NCBI GenBank assembly: GCA_963719055.1
Contig: CAVRAU010000023.1
Span: 136,699 to 200,698, forward strand
Reading direction: 5' to 3'
From: an uncultured Acidobacteriota bacterium
GTDB lineage: Bacteria; Acidobacteriota; Thermoanaerobaculia; Multivoradales; JAHEKO01
DNA: 64,000 nt
Of the stretch, positions 63,200 to 64,000 are shown one piece after another. Below the pieces are notes generated by a model. The model was not told the DNA's origin and searched no databases. It saw only the letters and a list, made by a program, of their open reading frames with translations. The translations under genes were made by a program, and so were the position numbers. Numbering within the stretch: the first letter of the stretch is position 1; each line of letters begins with the position of its first letter.

Positions 63200-63634
63200 A
63201 TGAAGTTCAAGAGAGGTTCGGTCGACGACGAGATTCCCACCGCCTCGATGGCCGACATCGCCTTCCTGTTGATCATCTACTTCATGGTGACCACGACTTT
63301 TGCGGCGACGCGTGGCATCGACTTCTCGCTACCTCAGGAGGATGACAGCCCGCTGGTCGACAAAGAGGAATCGGTGCTGATCGAGGTTCAACCCGGGGGT
63401 GTCCTGTTGGTGGATACCAAGCCCATGCAGTTGGACCAGATTCTGGACTACCTGAAGCCCAAGCTCGAGCGCAACCCCATGAAACCGGTCATCATCCGTT
63501 CGAACGAAATGGCGGAGTACGGCTATATGGTCAGTGTTTTCGACGAGCTACGGCAGGCCCCGGACAAGATAGGGCTCGAGGTCAAGAATGTCTCGATCCC
63601 CACTCAACGTGAAATCGACATGTTCTGGTACTGA
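63200..63634 (+). CDS. exbD: ExbD/TolR paralog
   Basis: 'IPTASMADIAFLLIIYFMVTTTF'. Second tandem copy. Confidence 0.8.
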   Translation: MKFKRGSVDDEIPTASMADIAFLLIIYFMVTTTFAATRGIDFSLPQEDDSPLVDKEESVLIEVQPGGVLLVDTKPMQLDQILDYLKPKLERNPMKPVIIRSNEMAEYGYMVSVFDELRQAPDKIGLEVKNVSIPTQREIDMFWY

Positions 63635-63649
63635 TCGCCATGGCAAAAG

Positions 63650-64000
63650 ACAAAGAACCCGCAGCGTCGAAGATGAAGGAAGCCGTCCCCACAACCATGA
63701 TGGCTGAGGAGACCTTCGCTCTCGAGTACGAAGATGACAAGAAGAACATGCGGATCGCTATCGGAGTCGCGATCGCTCTCCACATCGTTTTCTTCCTCAT
63801 CCGGGTGCCCGAGATGATTGCCCAGCAGCAGGAGGCCAAAAAAGCGAAGGTCTATGTCGTGCAACAGGTGCGCTTCAAGCCACCGCCACCAAAGCAGCAA
63901 AAGGATATCCCCAAGGCGAGGTCGAAGAAGGTGCCCATCCCTGATCCGACACCCGACGAGCCGGAACCCATTCGGTTGCCAGAAGAGATCGACACCGAGA
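63650..64000 (+). CDS. TonB-like energy transducer, N-terminal part (runs off window end)
   Basis: TM 'IAIGVAIALHIVFFLI', then the Pro/Lys-rich 'RFKPPPPKQQKDIPKARSKKVPIPDPTPDEPEP'. Downstream of exbB-exbD-exbD. Confidence 0.6.

Overview
High-GC (~65%) bacterial chromosomal window, Gram-negative. Some features suggest Acidobacteriota or a deltaproteobacterial-like lineage (inference only): a TonB receptor with a carboxypeptidase-regulatory-like N-terminus, YfhO paralogs, a fused membrane/spermidine-synthase protein, and duplicated ExbD. Three themes dominate. (1) Positions 1128-12841 on the minus strand carry a collinear 11.7-kb operon headed by an ECF sigma factor and a zinc anti-sigma factor. 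It encodes a hybrid type II secretion / type IV pilus-like machine: GspF, GspE, PilM, PilN, PilO/GspM-like, PilP-like, a secretin with an unusual C-terminal cohesin-like extension, three GspG-family pseudopilins, then dut. (2) A second pilus locus lies on the plus strand. A PilA-like pilin at 31910 sits behind a strong sigma54 promoter. Downstream are prepilin peptidase, a sensor kinase, a second sigma54 promoter, FimT/GspH-, PilV-, PilW- and PilX-like minor pilins, and a ~1400-aa PilY1-like vWA adhesin. An NtrC-type sigma54 activator sits at 48591-49901. (3) Envelope glycoconjugate genes are interleaved: waaA-lpxK-heptosyltransferase, a DegT aminotransferase plus ArnT/PMT-like transferase, and a DPPR-synthase-like UbiA prenyltransferase plus PAP2 phosphatase pair (Rv3806c/Rv3807c-like synteny). 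This pair lies next to two large YfhO-family GT-C membrane glycosyltransferases, which suggests a polyprenyl-phospho-pentose glycosylation pathway. Housekeeping genes fill the rest: accC plus a biotinyl protein, pccB, accD, selA, pmbA/tldD, glyA, folC, yebC, ruvC, exbB-exbD-exbD-tonB, and a Lys/Ala-repeat histone H1-like protein. About 35 apparent single-base frameshifts interrupt otherwise conserved genes, including essential ones (folC, ruvC). Several sit at homopolymers, so assembly or sequencing indels are more likely than true pseudogenes. No CRISPR arrays, tRNAs, rRNAs or obvious mobile elements were seen.
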